NCBI GenBank assembly: GCA_963760085.1
Contig: CAVXCB010000007.1
Coordinates: 126,053 to 166,052, forward strand
Source of the DNA: an uncultured Planctomycetaceae bacterium
GTDB lineage: Bacteria > Planctomycetota > Planctomycetia > Isosphaerales > Isosphaeraceae
DNA: 40,000 bases
Direction: 5' to 3'
Position 1 is the first letter of the stretch. The number at the start of each line of letters is the position of its first letter. Below are positions 9,507-19,945 of this stretch, in pieces. A program made the translations under genes and the position numbers. The notes beneath the pieces are model-generated. The model worked only from the letters and a program-made list of their open reading frames with translations. It ran no database searches and was not told the DNA's origin.

Positions 9507-10562
9507 TCACAACGTCATCTCATGTTCCGTGACGAGCGTGAGCAGGGCGCGAGCACAACCCGCGGTGGAGGCCGCGCGTCCCCAGGTTTCGGCAAGGCTG
9601 ATGATGCGAAGATCAGCACCGAGAACTCGTGCCGCCAATCGACGCGCGAGGAATTCACCGGAGCCGGCGATGACCGCGACATCGGCCCGGCCGATCGTCG
9701 CCTCGCAGACTCGATGAGCCGCCTGGGCAAGCCTGCTGAACAGACAGTTCGCGGCGGATCGGGAAAGCTCCAACGCATCTTCCCCCGAAAACGTCTCCCG
9801 GTCGGCGCCGACCATGCGCGCCAGGCGGTCCCGCGCGGCGTCGATCGTAGCCCCGCGACCGTCGGCGGTTGCCAGGTCGTTCGGATCAGGGTCGAGATCT
9901 CCCAGCGTCAAGTAGACGTCGAGAGTGGTCGCAAATAGCTCGGCGGCCAGGCCGGTAGGCGGTCCCTGCCTGTATGGTAGCTCGGTGGCCAGCGCACACA
10001 GGGGGGTGCGCCGGATTCCGGCGTAGACGAGCTCTCCGGTCCGCAGTCGCTCGGTGTCAGTGCGGCCCTGAACGGCGGCTCTGCCCTGGTCGAGCGGTAT
10101 GATGTCGGTGGTAGTAGAGCCGATATCGATCAGCAGTCCGCGGTTCTCTGGAGCAAGCCGGGCCGCCGCGGTCGCCAGAGCCAGCCAGTTGGCCGCGGCC
10201 GCCAGCAGCGGCCGACGCCGGATCACTCCGGGTTCATGAAAGCGACCGTCGATGCCCCAGATCAACAAGGGACGATTGCCCAGCGCCTGCGTAGCGGCTT
10301 CCAGAATGGCCAGCACGCCCTCGGCCTTCGTCGGGTAGCAGTCGCACAGCTCTGCTGTCATCGTGACCGCGGCCCGATCGAAAGGCGGCTGCGTCGCGGC
10401 CAGACTGGCGATTGCTTTGCCCAGCTCGGACGGTCGCCTCCACACCTCGAATGCCTCGGTCGTGGAACGGCCATCCTTGTGGGACGCCTTGAGATTGGCG
10501 CCCCCGATGTCCAGTGCCAGCCAGCGTACGGCGGAAGCTCCATGATCGGTTCGCCGGCTCAT
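9507..10562 (-). CDS. hydantoinase/oxoprolinase-family H4MPT-linked C1-pathway protein (MfnF-like by context)
   Basis: WLALDIGGANLKAS and LLIDIGSTTTDIIPL are ASKHA/hydantoinase-A-type motifs. The ORF is 351 aa and intact. Its ATG overlaps the upstream stop as ATGA (10562..10559). Confidence 0.7.
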   Translation of the reverse strand: MSRRTDHGASAVRWLALDIGGANLKASHKDGRSTTEAFEVWRRPSELGKAIASLAATQPPFDRAAVTMTAELCDCYPTKAEGVLAILEAATQALGNRPLLIWGIDGRFHEPGVIRRRPLLAAAANWLALATAAARLAPENRGLLIDIGSTTTDIIPLDQGRAAVQGRTDTERLRTGELVYAGIRRTPLCALATELPYRQGPPTGLAAELFATTLDVYLTLGDLDPDPNDLATADGRGATIDAARDRLARMVGADRETFSGEDALELSRSAANCLFSRLAQAAHRVCEATIGRADVAVIAGSGEFLARRLAARVLGADLRIISLAETWGRAASTAGCARALLTLVTEHEMTL

Positions 10563-11629
10563 GAAAACACCGCCTCGCCGACAACCGCTCGGATCGTGCC
10601 GTCGGCATCGAAGCGAATTGGGGATTGCCGGCGCACGAGGTCAGCAAGGTTTTCCAGCAGGTCGCTCTCGTATCCAGCGACACCGCAAGCGGCGAGCCAG
10701 GCGGCTGCCAGGTGGCCGGCCGGCAAGAGCCGACTCAGTCCAACGCAGGACGTGGTGACACGCGGATTGATCTCGAGCACGGTGGCCTTTCCGAGATTGG
10801 GCTCCCAGAGGAAATCGACGCCGATGAACCCACGCATGCCCACCACCGACTCGGCGGCTCGTCTGAGCGTCGCTTCGGCCCGGCCGCATGGCACGGGTAA
10901 TAGACCCCCTTGATAAGAGAATTGACGGCCCAGGATCTTTATTTTCTGACGTCCGATGCCGATCAGCCAGGCGCGATCCGCGGAGACAAGGAAGCTCGCG
11001 CTCATCGGAGTTCCTCGGTGAAACGGCTGCAGCAGCGCGACCGGCATGGCCAGCGCGGCAACTGGCATGTCCGCGGCGTGAGCGATGCGGTAAGTATCGG
11101 CCGAGCCAGCGCCATCGACGGGCTTGAGAACAGCCGGATAAATCGCGTCCAGGGGAAGACCCGCCGCCGGCACTACGATCCGGTGCGAGGGGGTCGCGAT
11201 GCCTCTGGCTTGCAGCCATTCCGCCAGCGTTGCCTTGTTGCCGGTCAGTTCAATAGATCGAGACGAGCAGCCCAGGGAGCAAGCGCCGGCGGTTTCCAGT
11301 CGCTTAGCCAGCCCTGCTAGCACTCCCATCGTCTCGGGAGCAATGAGGACTGTATAATCCGCTTGCCGCGCGACATCGGCGAGCCATTCAGTGGAGTTGC
11401 CCGAATCCATTCGAATGGTCGTCCAGGAGCCGGAATCATCGGGCCAGCGCGCGTCGACTGTCACCACCACCCGCGCGCCCGGGCCGGGCAGAGCCGCAAA
11501 GTCGGCGGCCACGGCACGCCGCATCGCCAGGCCCTCGGCTGCCCATGAAGGCGGTACACTGGAACCCGCCAGGCCGCCTCCCGTGACCCATTCATGAACC
11601 AAGATTGTCAGTGGTGCCGAGGAAGTCAT
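10559..11629 (-). CDS. ATP-grasp enzyme, COG1821/MfnD-like (tyramine-glutamate-ligase type)
   Basis: ORF 10559..11671. The N-terminus ILVHEWVTGGG, the ATP-grasp core (AVLKPVDGAGS) and EINPRVTTS near the C-terminus fit the family. ATG 11629 is preferred over TTG 11671. Confidence 0.7.
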   Translation of the reverse strand: MTSSAPLTILVHEWVTGGGLAGSSVPPSWAAEGLAMRRAVAADFAALPGPGARVVVTVDARWPDDSGSWTTIRMDSGNSTEWLADVARQADYTVLIAPETMGVLAGLAKRLETAGACSLGCSSRSIELTGNKATLAEWLQARGIATPSHRIVVPAAGLPLDAIYPAVLKPVDGAGSADTYRIAHAADMPVAALAMPVALLQPFHRGTPMSASFLVSADRAWLIGIGRQKIKILGRQFSYQGGLLPVPCGRAEATLRRAAESVVGMRGFIGVDFLWEPNLGKATVLEINPRVTTSCVGLSRLLPAGHLAAAWLAACGVAGYESDLLENLADLVRRQSPIRFDADGTIRAVVGEAVFS

Positions 11630-12386
11630 GCTCGAGAGCCACTTTCGCGTGATCCCAGTGCTTGACGTCAAGAACGGGCAGGCTGTCCATGCCGTCGGAG
11701 GAATTCGTTCTCATTATCGGCCGCTGCAAAGTCGCTTGCATCCCTCTTGCGACCCGCTGGATTTAGCTCCGTGCTTACCGCGACCTACTTGACCTGCGGC
11801 AGCTTTACCTCGCCGACCTTGATGCCATCACGGGGAAACAACCCGACGTGGAGCTCTATCGCAAACTTGCCGGGCAGGGCGTCGGTCTTTGGATCGATGC
11901 CGGAGTAAGGGACCAGGACGATCTGGCCGCGCTGGTCGATCTCGATCGCACCACCATCGTGGTCGGCCTCGAAACCGCCGCCGGTCCGCACGCCGTTGCC
12001 AATGTTCTCCATCGAATCGATCCCGGGCGAGTCGTCATCAGCCTGGACCTGTTCGATGGGGTGCCGCGCCTGCCGCGGGGGGCGACCTGGGCCGCGACCG
12101 ATCTGGAGGAACTGGCGCGCAGGTTCTCGACCTGGGAGTCCACCGCTTGCTCGTGCTTGATCTAGCCCGCGTCGGCACCGGCCAGGGTACCGGAACCGGC
12201 CAATTGCTCTCGCGGCTCCGCGCCGCTTATCCCGCCTTGGAGTTGAGCGTGGGCGGAGGAATCTCGGGAATCGAAGAGCTCATCGCCGTGCAAAAGGCAG
12301 GCGCGGCGGCCGCCTTAGTCGGCTCGGCACTGCATGACGGGCGAATCGGGCGAGAGCAGCTTGATCACCTGGCTGAACAGGGATAA
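11628..12386 (+). CDS. HisA/HisF-family (beta/alpha)8-barrel protein of H4MPT gene clusters, two apparent frameshifts
   Basis: The motifs VIPVLDVKNGQAVHAVGG, LYLADLDAITG and LSVGGGISGIEE...LVGSALHDG lie in three frames. The pieces are 11628..~11769, ORF 11848..12165 and ORF 11889..12386. Breaks are at 11769-11770 (extra C) and about 12120 (missing nt). GTG 11649 is an alternative start. Confidence 0.7.
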
Positions 12387-12436
12387 TCGACTGGTAATTC
12401 TGCACTCAATTGAACGGATCGTCATTCTTCACATGA

Positions 12437-12931
12437 TCACTCGCCATGCCATTCGACCTCGGCCGACTGACCGAAGCTTTCCTCGACCTCGACTCGTAAG
12501 ACGCGGGGAACCCTGAAGCCCCGTGCAGCCATCTCCTGCCGCAACCGGCCGGCAATATAATCGGCGAGCAATTCGGCTGTGGTATTGGCGATCGGCAGGA
12601 GCACGCATTCGTCGCGCGGAAAGCTCCAGATGCGGTCGCCATGGGTCACGCGGAGGTTCGCCCCGTCCTCGTGCAGGCTGATCATCTGGTTACGGGTAGG
12701 CAGCAGCATCCGATGGTCGAGCTCATCGGTGATCGTGCGAGTCATGTCCTTCAGGGCGATGAAATCAACGACGTAATGGTTCTCATCAAGATCACCTTCG
12801 ACCTCCACGGCCGCGCGGTAGTTGTGGCCATGCAGCCGCTCGCATCGATCACCTTCGTAAGTGATGAAGTGCCCGGAGCAGAATACAAGATAATCCTTGG
12901 TGACCCTGACCTTGAACCGCGAAGTCGACAC
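12437..12931 (-). CDS. 6-pyruvoyl-tetrahydropterin synthase (PTPS/QueD) family protein
   Basis: The C-terminal half of ORF 12437..13300 carries FCSGHF...CERLHGHNYRAAVEVEG...DFIALK, the PTPS signature. GTG 12931 (MSTSRFKVRVTKDY) is a possible own start, but there is no stop codon between it and the CitG-like part upstream. Confidence 0.75.
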   Translation of the reverse strand: MSTSRFKVRVTKDYLVFCSGHFITYEGDRCERLHGHNYRAAVEVEGDLDENHYVVDFIALKDMTRTITDELDHRMLLPTRNQMISLHEDGANLRVTHGDRIWSFPRDECVLLPIANTTAELLADYIAGRLRQEMAARGFRVPRVLRVEVEESFGQSAEVEWHGE

Positions 12932-13878
12932 GGCCTGTTGACTCCTGGAGTTGCATCGGGCATCGGAACCGACCGACCAGCTTGCGGGCCCGGCGGGACG
13001 TGGCAATGGAATTGTCCCATCACGCAGTGCCGCGAACAAGGCGGCCGTCACAAGATCGGCGGTCGTGCCCGGGTTGAACTGGTTTCCTCGCGATCGCAGC
13101 CAGGCATCGAATTCTTGTAATCGGCTGGGACTTCCCGGAGCGCCCGGCCACCCTGCGTGGATGACATGGGCCGCCCTTTCGGCCACGCTCATAGCAACCT
13201 CTCGACCGGCCTTGCGAACAATCAGGGAATCAGGATGCCGGGCCAGCGTGCCCAGAAACGCGGCGATTATTGCCGTCTCCAGCGGTTGCCCACCTAACAA
13301 AGACTGCGCGGATCATGGGCAATACTTCGTGCAAGACCTCCTGGAAACCGCTGGCATACTGTCTGGCGATCAGGTCGCGATCGGCCGCCAGGGCCATGAC
13401 AGCGCGAAGCGGCATCGTGGGCACTTCGGCCACATCCTGCTCGTCAACCCGGCCGATGCCGCCAGGGGATGCCAGGACGAATCGCCTCGTAGACAAGTCG
13501 TGCGTCGTCGTCGGTCGTCCCCGTAAGCACTTGCTCGACTCCGCCGGCCAGGTCGACCGTCGACGGCACCGCCGCAAGCGGGGCGAGTAAGAGAATGATT
13601 CCAAGGTTGGTGTTGGTGCTGACAACCTGCCTCGTGGCCTTGACTGCGGACAGGACAGTCGCCCCGACTCCCCGCTCCACGGCCTGGTCGAGCGGACCTG
13701 CGATGGCTGTCGCGCTGAGCAGGAAGTCGAGGTAATGAAGCTCCGCAAAGTCGCAAAACCGATGGACGTTCCCCGGCTTTCGCGCCGTGGCCTCGAGCAG
13801 GCAGGCGACCTGCGCCAGCCCGCCCGCGGAGAGAGACGGGCGGCTTCTCGCTGAGTTCTTACCTCCGGGATCGTTCAT
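12932..13878 (-). CDS. triphosphoribosyl-dephospho-CoA synthase (CitG/MdcB)-like protein of H4MPT clusters, two apparent frameshifts, no own stop
   Basis: ACLLEATARKPGNVHR, NTNLGIILLLAPLA and NPGTTADLVTAALF are spread over ORFs 13444..13878, 13230..13748 and 12437..13300. Breaks are at 13475-13476 (extra C) and 13299-13301 (extra T). Its ATG 13878 overlaps the upstream stop as ATGA. Confidence 0.75.
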
Positions 13879-14758
13879 CGGTTCGCATCCCGCAACCCCG
13901 CGAGCACCGCCGCCGCCACATCAACGCCCGTGACCCTCGAAGAGCGCGCCACCCAGGGACTGCGTTGACCTCCAGGATCGTCAGCCCGCGGTCCAGGTCC
14001 TCCACCAAGTCCACGCCGGCAATTTCAGCTCCCAGGGCCTGGGCGGCGGCCAAGGCAAGGTGTTTCGCCTCGAAGTCGATAAGGGCGGCCTCGGCTCGCC
14101 CCCCCAGCGCGACGTTGGTTCGCCATTCGCCCGCGCCGGCAAACCGGCGCATCGCTCCCAGAACGTGCCCTCGCAGGACGAAGATCCGGAGGTCGTGGCC
14201 GGGGTGGCGGAGCTTTTTCTGAAGATAGAGAACCGCGCCCAGTCGCTCGAGGGCGTGGACCACTCTCCAGGCGAGCTCGCGGTCGCTCACTCGCACGAGC
14301 CCACGCCCTTCCGAGCCGAAGAGAGGCTTGACCACGACGTCGCCGCCCAGCTTGTCGAATGCCTGCAGAGCTTCGCGCGCGGTCTGACCGGTCCAGGTCG
14401 GCGGCACGGGCAGGCCGGCATGATCGAGCAAAGCCAATGTCAGGTACTTGTCAACCGCCGCCTCGACGGCCCGCGGCGGGTTCCAGACGGGAACTCCCGA
14501 AGCAACGACGCGGTGCAGGACGTCCATCCGGAAAACGACCTGCTCCAGGCTGCCCGGCGGCATCATCCGTATCAGCACTCCGTCTGACGCGGTCAGCACG
14601 CTTCCGCCGGCCTCCACTTTTTGCTTCCCCGCGCCAACCTGAGCCGAGACCTGTGCGAACGGCACAACCTCGAGATTGATATCCAGATCCCCGGCCGCGC
14701 GCCTCAGGTCGGCGACATGCCAGCCAAAGCCAGAAACCAGGGCGACAAGGTTGGTCAT
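13875..14758 (-). CDS. RimK-type ATP-grasp ligase (MptN-like H4MPT:glutamate ligase type), one apparent frameshift
   Basis: This is the C-terminal 300 codons of ORF 13859..15388, starting at ATG 14758 (MTNLVALVSGFGWH). Motifs are VVKPLFGSEGRG and ILEVNAVPGW. The expected tail VTGVDVAAAVLAGLRDANR-stop (stop 13877..13875) needs a 1-nt correction near 13940. Confidence 0.8.
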
Positions 14759-14822
14759 CGGCGAGAACGTAGATCCTTCAGATCGTAAGCTTAGCACGAG
14801 CGGAGCCCGCTTTATGCTTGGC

Positions 14823-15773
14823 TCAATTCCAGAACGACCGCGCCAGGATATCGGTTTCAACACGGCCGAAGGCGTGGCTACGGCCTGTCTCCAGGTTCTG
14901 GAAAACAACCTCGGCCGGACTGAACAGGAGGGGATCGACGGCGTAAAAGTCGTGGTTGTAACGGGCGAAGATCGACGCGAAGGGTTCGCCATGGTCGGCT
15001 GAAGAAGAGGAAGGGACTTGCGGACCGATCTGTGCGAGGCTTTCATCTTCGCCCGTGACATACAACACCACGCGGGCACCATAAAGGATCGAGTCGTTGG
15101 TTCGACCGATGGCCGCAAGGTCGTTATGCGCGACCGGGGGCAGCGGCGCGGAGCCGTGGGCCGAATGGATCCGTCGCAGATCAAACTTGAGCTCGGCCAG
15201 CTTGTGCAGGGCGGTCTCGACCGAGCGGGCCACGATCTGCACGCTGCCGGCGAGGCTGGCGGTCGGCGCGGCGAGCAGAGTGACGAAGGAGGGAAGAACG
15301 TTGCATTCCGCGGCGACCGCGGCCACGACCGATGGTGGAGGGGGCCGGCGAGTCTCGAGTACGCCGACAACCGAGTTTTCCGTCTCACGGTAGCCGATCG
15401 TGTCGTAGATCGGCTCGCGACCCCGGACCGCCCGCATAGGACCAGAGCCCATGGCGAAATAGGTTCCTTCGTTGATTGGCCAGCCGGCGTACTGGCTGGC
15501 CAGGCAGGCCTGCACCGGATGATCGGTCATGACCTGGATCGCTGGCACCGGCCGCCCCGCAACGTCTCCCGGTACGATTGCCAACGTGGCGAGGTCACCC
15601 AGACAAACCCGAGCGAGCTCGATCCCCACGAGCAGTCCTCCCCGCGCCTCGATCCCGCAGTCGATGTACCTGCCTCCCCCTTCGATCAGATGCAAGGCTG
15701 ACCTCAGCTCCTGGGCGTGAGCCAGAATTGCCTCGACTAACCAAAGGCCGCGACGGTTCAGGGACATCGTCAT
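14823..15773 (-). CDS. mch: methenyltetrahydromethanopterin cyclohydrolase
   Basis: Intact ORF 14823..15785. It shows full-length resemblance to Mch: IDCGIEARGG, ACLASQYAGW, FAMGSGPMRA, LLAAPTASLAGSVQIVARSVETALHK, GRTNDSILYG, SSSADHGEPFASIF and LFSPAEV. ATG 15773 or 15767 is more likely than the TTG at 15785. Confidence 0.9.
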   Translation of the reverse strand: MTMSLNRRGLWLVEAILAHAQELRSALHLIEGGGRYIDCGIEARGGLLVGIELARVCLGDLATLAIVPGDVAGRPVPAIQVMTDHPVQACLASQYAGWPINEGTYFAMGSGPMRAVRGREPIYDTIGYRETENSVVGVLETRRPPPPSVVAAVAAECNVLPSFVTLLAAPTASLAGSVQIVARSVETALHKLAELKFDLRRIHSAHGSAPLPPVAHNDLAAIGRTNDSILYGARVVLYVTGEDESLAQIGPQVPSSSSADHGEPFASIFARYNHDFYAVDPLLFSPAEVVFQNLETGRSHAFGRVETDILARSFWN

Positions 15774-15803
15774 CGTATCGGCCAACCGCTTGTGTGCTGA
15801 GTC

Positions 15804-16638
15804 TTACATGCCATTCCGTCCGGCCAGGATCTCGCCACGGCCGCCCACCACCATGTCGCCATTATACCGGTCGAGACTGGCCTGGCATACCGCCTGGGGC
15901 ACCGCGAAGCCCCACGCGGCGAGCTGCCGAAAATAGAGGGTCAAGAACGGCATTGGAAACCGGCCAGCCAGGACTGAATGTGGGCAGCAAATGCTCATCA
16001 GGCGGTCCAGGCAGCGAAGGCAGCACCAGCGTTCCCCGTTTCATGCCTGCTCCAATGAGCCGGGCTGCCGAGCCGAGGACAAGCACCGTTCCAGCGATCA
16101 TGGATCGGCCCAGCCCCGCGCCCGCATTGCCACGAATCGCGATCAGGCCCCGCCTCATCTGCAGTCCGGCGTCGTCGCCGACGGAACCCTCGATCAGGAT
16201 CGCTCCGTCGCGCATCCCCAGCCGGCTGCCCGGATACGCCGCTCCGGGAAACGAGCCGGTGTTCCCTCGGATCAAGATCAAGCCCCCCCGCATCTCCGCC
16301 CCGGCCCAGTCGCCCGCCGAGCCGTCTACCTCGATCTCACCTCCCGTCATCTCGGCGCCAAGCTGCGGGCCTACATCGCCACGAATAATTATCTTGCCAA
16401 CGGACATTTCCCTCCCTAGCCCGTAAATGTGGCTCAGCTCACCTTCAATGGTCAGCCGCTCGTCGCCGCGCGTCCCCTCCACGCGAAACAGCTCGCCCAG
16501 CTCCACTGTCGAGTTGCCCAGGGCCAGCCTGGTTCGGCTTGCCTGGTCGGCCGAACTCTCCAGGAACGTCTCGGGACGCAGAACCGAGCCATCCACCGGA
16601 AGCGAGGTCGCGTCCCGCCACGCAAACAAGAGAGACAT
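15804..16638 (-). CDS. fhcC: formyltransferase/hydrolase complex subunit C (FwdC/FmdC homologue), one apparent frameshift
   Basis: ORF 15862..16638 has the repeated G-x-x-G-x-x-M-x-G-G beta-helix units (GDVGPQLGAEMTGGEIEVDGSAGDWAGAEMRGGLILIRGN...). The conserved tail FPMPFLTLYFRQL...RYNGDMVVGGRGEIL lies in ORF 15804..15998. The break is near 15960-15975. Confidence 0.85.
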
Positions 16639-16642
16639 CGTG

Positions 16643-17589
16643 TCATCCTCTCCCTTGTGTCATGGGTCCCTGGCCCTCGGGACTCGAATCGAAACGGGCC
16701 AGAACGTCGTGCAGCCGGATGTGAAAGGGCCCCAGTTTGCCGCCATAGTTTCCCGCGGTGATCGCCACGATCCCCTTGCCGGACTGCGCTGCGGAACGGA
16801 TGCCGGCCGCCGTGGCGCGCTCGACGGCCTCGAGTGTCAACCCGTCAATCACGATCTCGTAAACACAGCGAACCTCCTGAGGCAGTTCGGTGGGCGCCAT
16901 CCCGCGCAGCGTCGGCGCGTAGGCGGTGTTCGTGCTAGCCCGCGAGGGCCTTGTACTTGCTGCCCACCTTCGAGCCGGAGCGCGCGATGCCGCCTGGAAA
17001 CGGCAAAATCACGCCGTGAACTCCGCGCATGCCCCGCACGGCCGCCTCGGTCGCAGCCAGCGTGCCGCGCGGGATCGGTGCCCATCAAAATCAGGTTGCC
17101 GCCGGCCACACCCTTGCGCGTGCCGAAGGTCTCCTCGCAGGTGAACTCACCGTCCATCACCGGCACGCGCCAGTATCTCCGGCCCGCAAGCCACTTGGAG
17201 ATCTGCCAGCCATCCCCGAAATAGCGCAGGCTGCCGCCGACCCTGATCGATTTCTCCTCGATCGCAAGACCGTTGTAGCAGGCGGTCGTGGGGCAAGTCA
17301 TCACGCACTGGCCAACCCTGTTTACAACGGCTTTCTCGAGCGCATCACGGTTGAAGGCGAAGAGCAGTACGCTCACGCCGGGCCGGCCGTCGGGAGTCTG
17401 GTCGGGGCCGAGCACCCGTTCGATCGCGGCCTCGGCATCGCAGGCAATCACGCTGGTAGCATAGCCGGACATGGCTCGGCCGGCAGTCTCCGCCCAGTCC
17501 GGGGTGTCGGCCGTGATGATCGCGCGCGCCGCGGTCATCGCGAAGGCTTCGGCAAACGTATCAACGATCGCCACGCCGTTAAGCTGCAT
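16643..17589 (-). CDS. fhcD: formylmethanofuran:H4MPT formyltransferase (Ftr homologue), two apparent frameshifts
   Basis: The first piece carries [48 protein letters not shown] and [10 protein letters not shown]. The middle piece ([22 protein letters not shown]) is in a third frame. The last piece (EIVIDGL...[15 protein letters not shown]) is ORF 16643..16900. Breaks are at about 17065 and at 16937, where an extra T creates GGC-TAG-C. Confidence 0.9.
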
Positions 17590-17598
17590 GGTCAGATC

Positions 17599-19295
17599 TC
17601 ATGAAGGAATCGATCGATGCGGGTTCGTGATTCCGCTCTCGACTACCAGGGGCCGGTTGACCTCATCATCACCGACCCTGAAGCTGGACGGATGCACGGA
17701 TGCCTCGTTCTGAAACCATCGGTCCAGTTCCTGCCTCACTTGCGGATCAACCTCGGGCGCCACAATGAGCGTGGCGCCGGCGGGGCGCCCCTCAGTTCAC
17801 CGTCGTCCACGACGACCTCGCCGGCCTTGATGACGTAGCGGGGCAAGGCGAACATCCGTCGCTTGTCGTCATCCGGGGCATAGATGGTGATGTCGGCGTC
17901 GGCTCCGGGACCGAGATGCCCCTTCCGCGGCAATCCCAGGATTCGCGCCGGGCCCGCCCGGGTGATGATCGCAATCTCCGAAAGCGTGTACTCCCGGGAA
18001 ATCTCGGAAAGACCGCTTTGTCCTTTGACCACGCCAGGCAGGTGGGACATCGTCTCGGTCCGCAGCCCATGGTCCATGAGCAAGGCAATGATCTGGGGAT
18101 ACGCCATGAAGGATCCGCCGTTGGGATGATCAGTGGACAGGGCGATCCGCCAGGGATCGTCGACGCGCAGGAACCACTCCAGGCCGATTGCCCACTGGAG
18201 CGCATGCACATGATTACGGTTATCATACGTGATCGGAACCACGCCGCAGCCGTCCTCCTGCTCGATGTCGACGCTTAGCCACTTTCGCCCGGTCAGGTCG
18301 GCGAGGTACTGGCCGACGCGTCCGTCCGCCGTCATGCTGGTCGTCTCACCAAAGAGGACCTGCCCGACGTCGACTGTCAGTCCCTCGTGGCTGTTGACGT
18401 GGTCGGCAAGCGGGCCGACCATCGACCCGAAGCCCCCCTTCTGATCGGCCGAGCCGCCATAGCTATGGAACTGGATGTGCGCCATGTGCACGCGATATCC
18501 GTCGAGTGCCCGCATTCCTTCGAGCGTCGTTTCCCAGTTGCCGGGCACGCCGAGATTCATCCCGTGCAGGTGCACCGGGTGAGGAAGGCCAAGCTCGTCC
18601 ACCGCGCGAGCCAGAGCAAGTGCAATCTGGCGCGGGGTCACGCCGAAATGATCGACGCGATCGTCCCAGGCAGCCAGCCGCGTTCCGCCCTGCTTCCACT
18701 GCTCCACGCCGCCGGGGTTGACAACCTTGACCCCGAAGCCTTTCGCGGACTCCAGGAGCCATGCCACCGTCTGGCTCACTCTTGCCTGATCGCCCTTGGC
18801 CACCTGGTCAAGGATCGCGTGGTGGTTTCCCATCAGCACGAGCATCAGCTTGTCAATCAAGGGCGTGTCACGGAACTCGGCATGGGCCTGCCGGGCTCCC
18901 AACGGAGGGATCGCCGCATCCGCGGCGGTCGTATACCCCAGCCCGGCGTACTGGTAACCGGTGACGAAGGTGCTGGGCACACTACCCGCGGTTCCCGATC
19001 GAAATCCCGCGCGCCGCGGCCATACCGCATCGCGGCTCCTGCGCTCCTCCGGCCGCAGCGCCCGCGCACCGTTGACCTTGGATCCGGCGATGTGCGAGTG
19101 AACATCGACGCCTCCAGGCATCACGACGTAACCCCGCGCATCGATGGTCCGGCTTGCTTTCGCCTCGATATCGGCCGGCGGCGAGATGATCTGGCTGCCG
19201 CAGATCCAGACATCCCGCACTTCGTCGTTCACTCCGTTGGCCGGATCAACGACCCGCCCCCCGGCTATGCGCAAGGTTGCCATGGAATGGCTCAT
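17599..19295 (-). CDS. fhcA: formyltransferase/hydrolase complex subunit A (FwdA/FmdA amidohydrolase homologue), one apparent frameshift
   Basis: ORF 17736..19295 has the amidohydrolase metal motif GGVDVHSHIAG plus VHLHGMNLGVPGN and HMAHIQFHSYGG. The last ~60 codons (ATLIVAPEVDPQVRQELDRWF...) continue in another frame to the stop at 17601..17599. The break is near 17780 (missing G). Confidence 0.9.
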
Positions 19296-19516
19296 GAATA
19301 GCAGTGCAACAAGAACCTGGAATCAAGCCTACTCGTCGGCTTCGCTCCCACCGCCGCACCAGGACATCTTCCGGGTCTACAACCTGTCCGTACAAGTTCG
19401 CTTATGCGTGTAGTTCTTGGGTTGAGCGGTTTGAGTGCGTTACTGTATCATCACCGTGGACAAGGTGACCACACGGGCAACGCAGATATGTCCCGCAAGA
19501 ATACGAAGCAAACCCG

Positions 19517-19693
19517 ATGCCCGCAACCGACACTCAGCCTGATCTGAAGGCGGTGCGGCTCTACCTCCCCCCAGAGGCTTACAGGAAGCGTCGGCGTCTG
19601 GCGGCCGATGAAGAGACCAACATGGCATTCCTGGCCCGTCAGGACGTTATGGAGTACGTTGCGGTGCATGCCCCGAAAGGCGATGGGGGATGA
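19517..19693 (+). CDS. small hypothetical protein (58 aa), possibly ribbon-helix-helix like
   Basis: The ORF runs from ATG 19517 to TGA 19691..19693 and is too short for the track. Sequence: MPATDTQPDLKAVRLYLPPEAYRKRRRLAADEETNMAFLARQDVMEYV. A short beta-strand followed by helices is compatible with RHH. Its stop overlaps the next ATG as ATGA. A TTGAGC-18 nt-TATCAT promoter-like element lies at 19422..19451. Confidence 0.4.
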   Translation: MPATDTQPDLKAVRLYLPPEAYRKRRRLAADEETNMAFLARQDVMEYVAVHAPKGDGG

Positions 19694-19945
19694 GAGCCGA
19701 GGATCTGCAAGAAGTCATTCGCGCCGCGCCGTTCCGTCCGTTCGCGATCGTCTTCGCCGACGGCAAACAGGTCATCATCCCTCATCCAGAATGGATCCTT
19801 CACCCTCCAGGGCATGCGCACGGCTGTCGTGATGGAGCCCAACGGTCGACTGCACATCGTCGATGTCATGCTCGTCCAGAGGCTCGAGCTTGATCCGCCC
19901 ATGCCGGCGGGATCGATCGCTCCGAACCCCGACGGCGGGGAATGA
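19690..19945 (+). CDS. small hypothetical protein (~84 aa), one apparent frameshift
   Basis: ORF 19690..19893 (MRAEDLQEVIRAAPFRPFAIVFADGKQVIIPHPEWILHPPG) continues after removing one G of the run at 19810-19812. The continuation is MRTAVVMEPNGRLHIVDVMLVQRLELD..., ending at the stop 19943..19945. No family recognised. Confidence 0.45.

Noticed and set aside
14759-15388. N-terminal 210 codons of the 509-aa ORF 13859..15388
   Set aside because: This part overlaps the mch gene in another frame and is Pro/Ser/Arg-rich. The ATP-grasp homology begins at ATG 14758.
16935-16940. In-frame TAG inside the ftr/fhcD reading frame, considered as possible stop-codon recoding or pyrrolysine
   Set aside because: The conserved sequence downstream ([12 protein letters not shown]...) is in a different frame from the sequence upstream. 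The TAG is therefore created by a 1-nt insertion (GGC-T-AGC) and is not a read-through codon.
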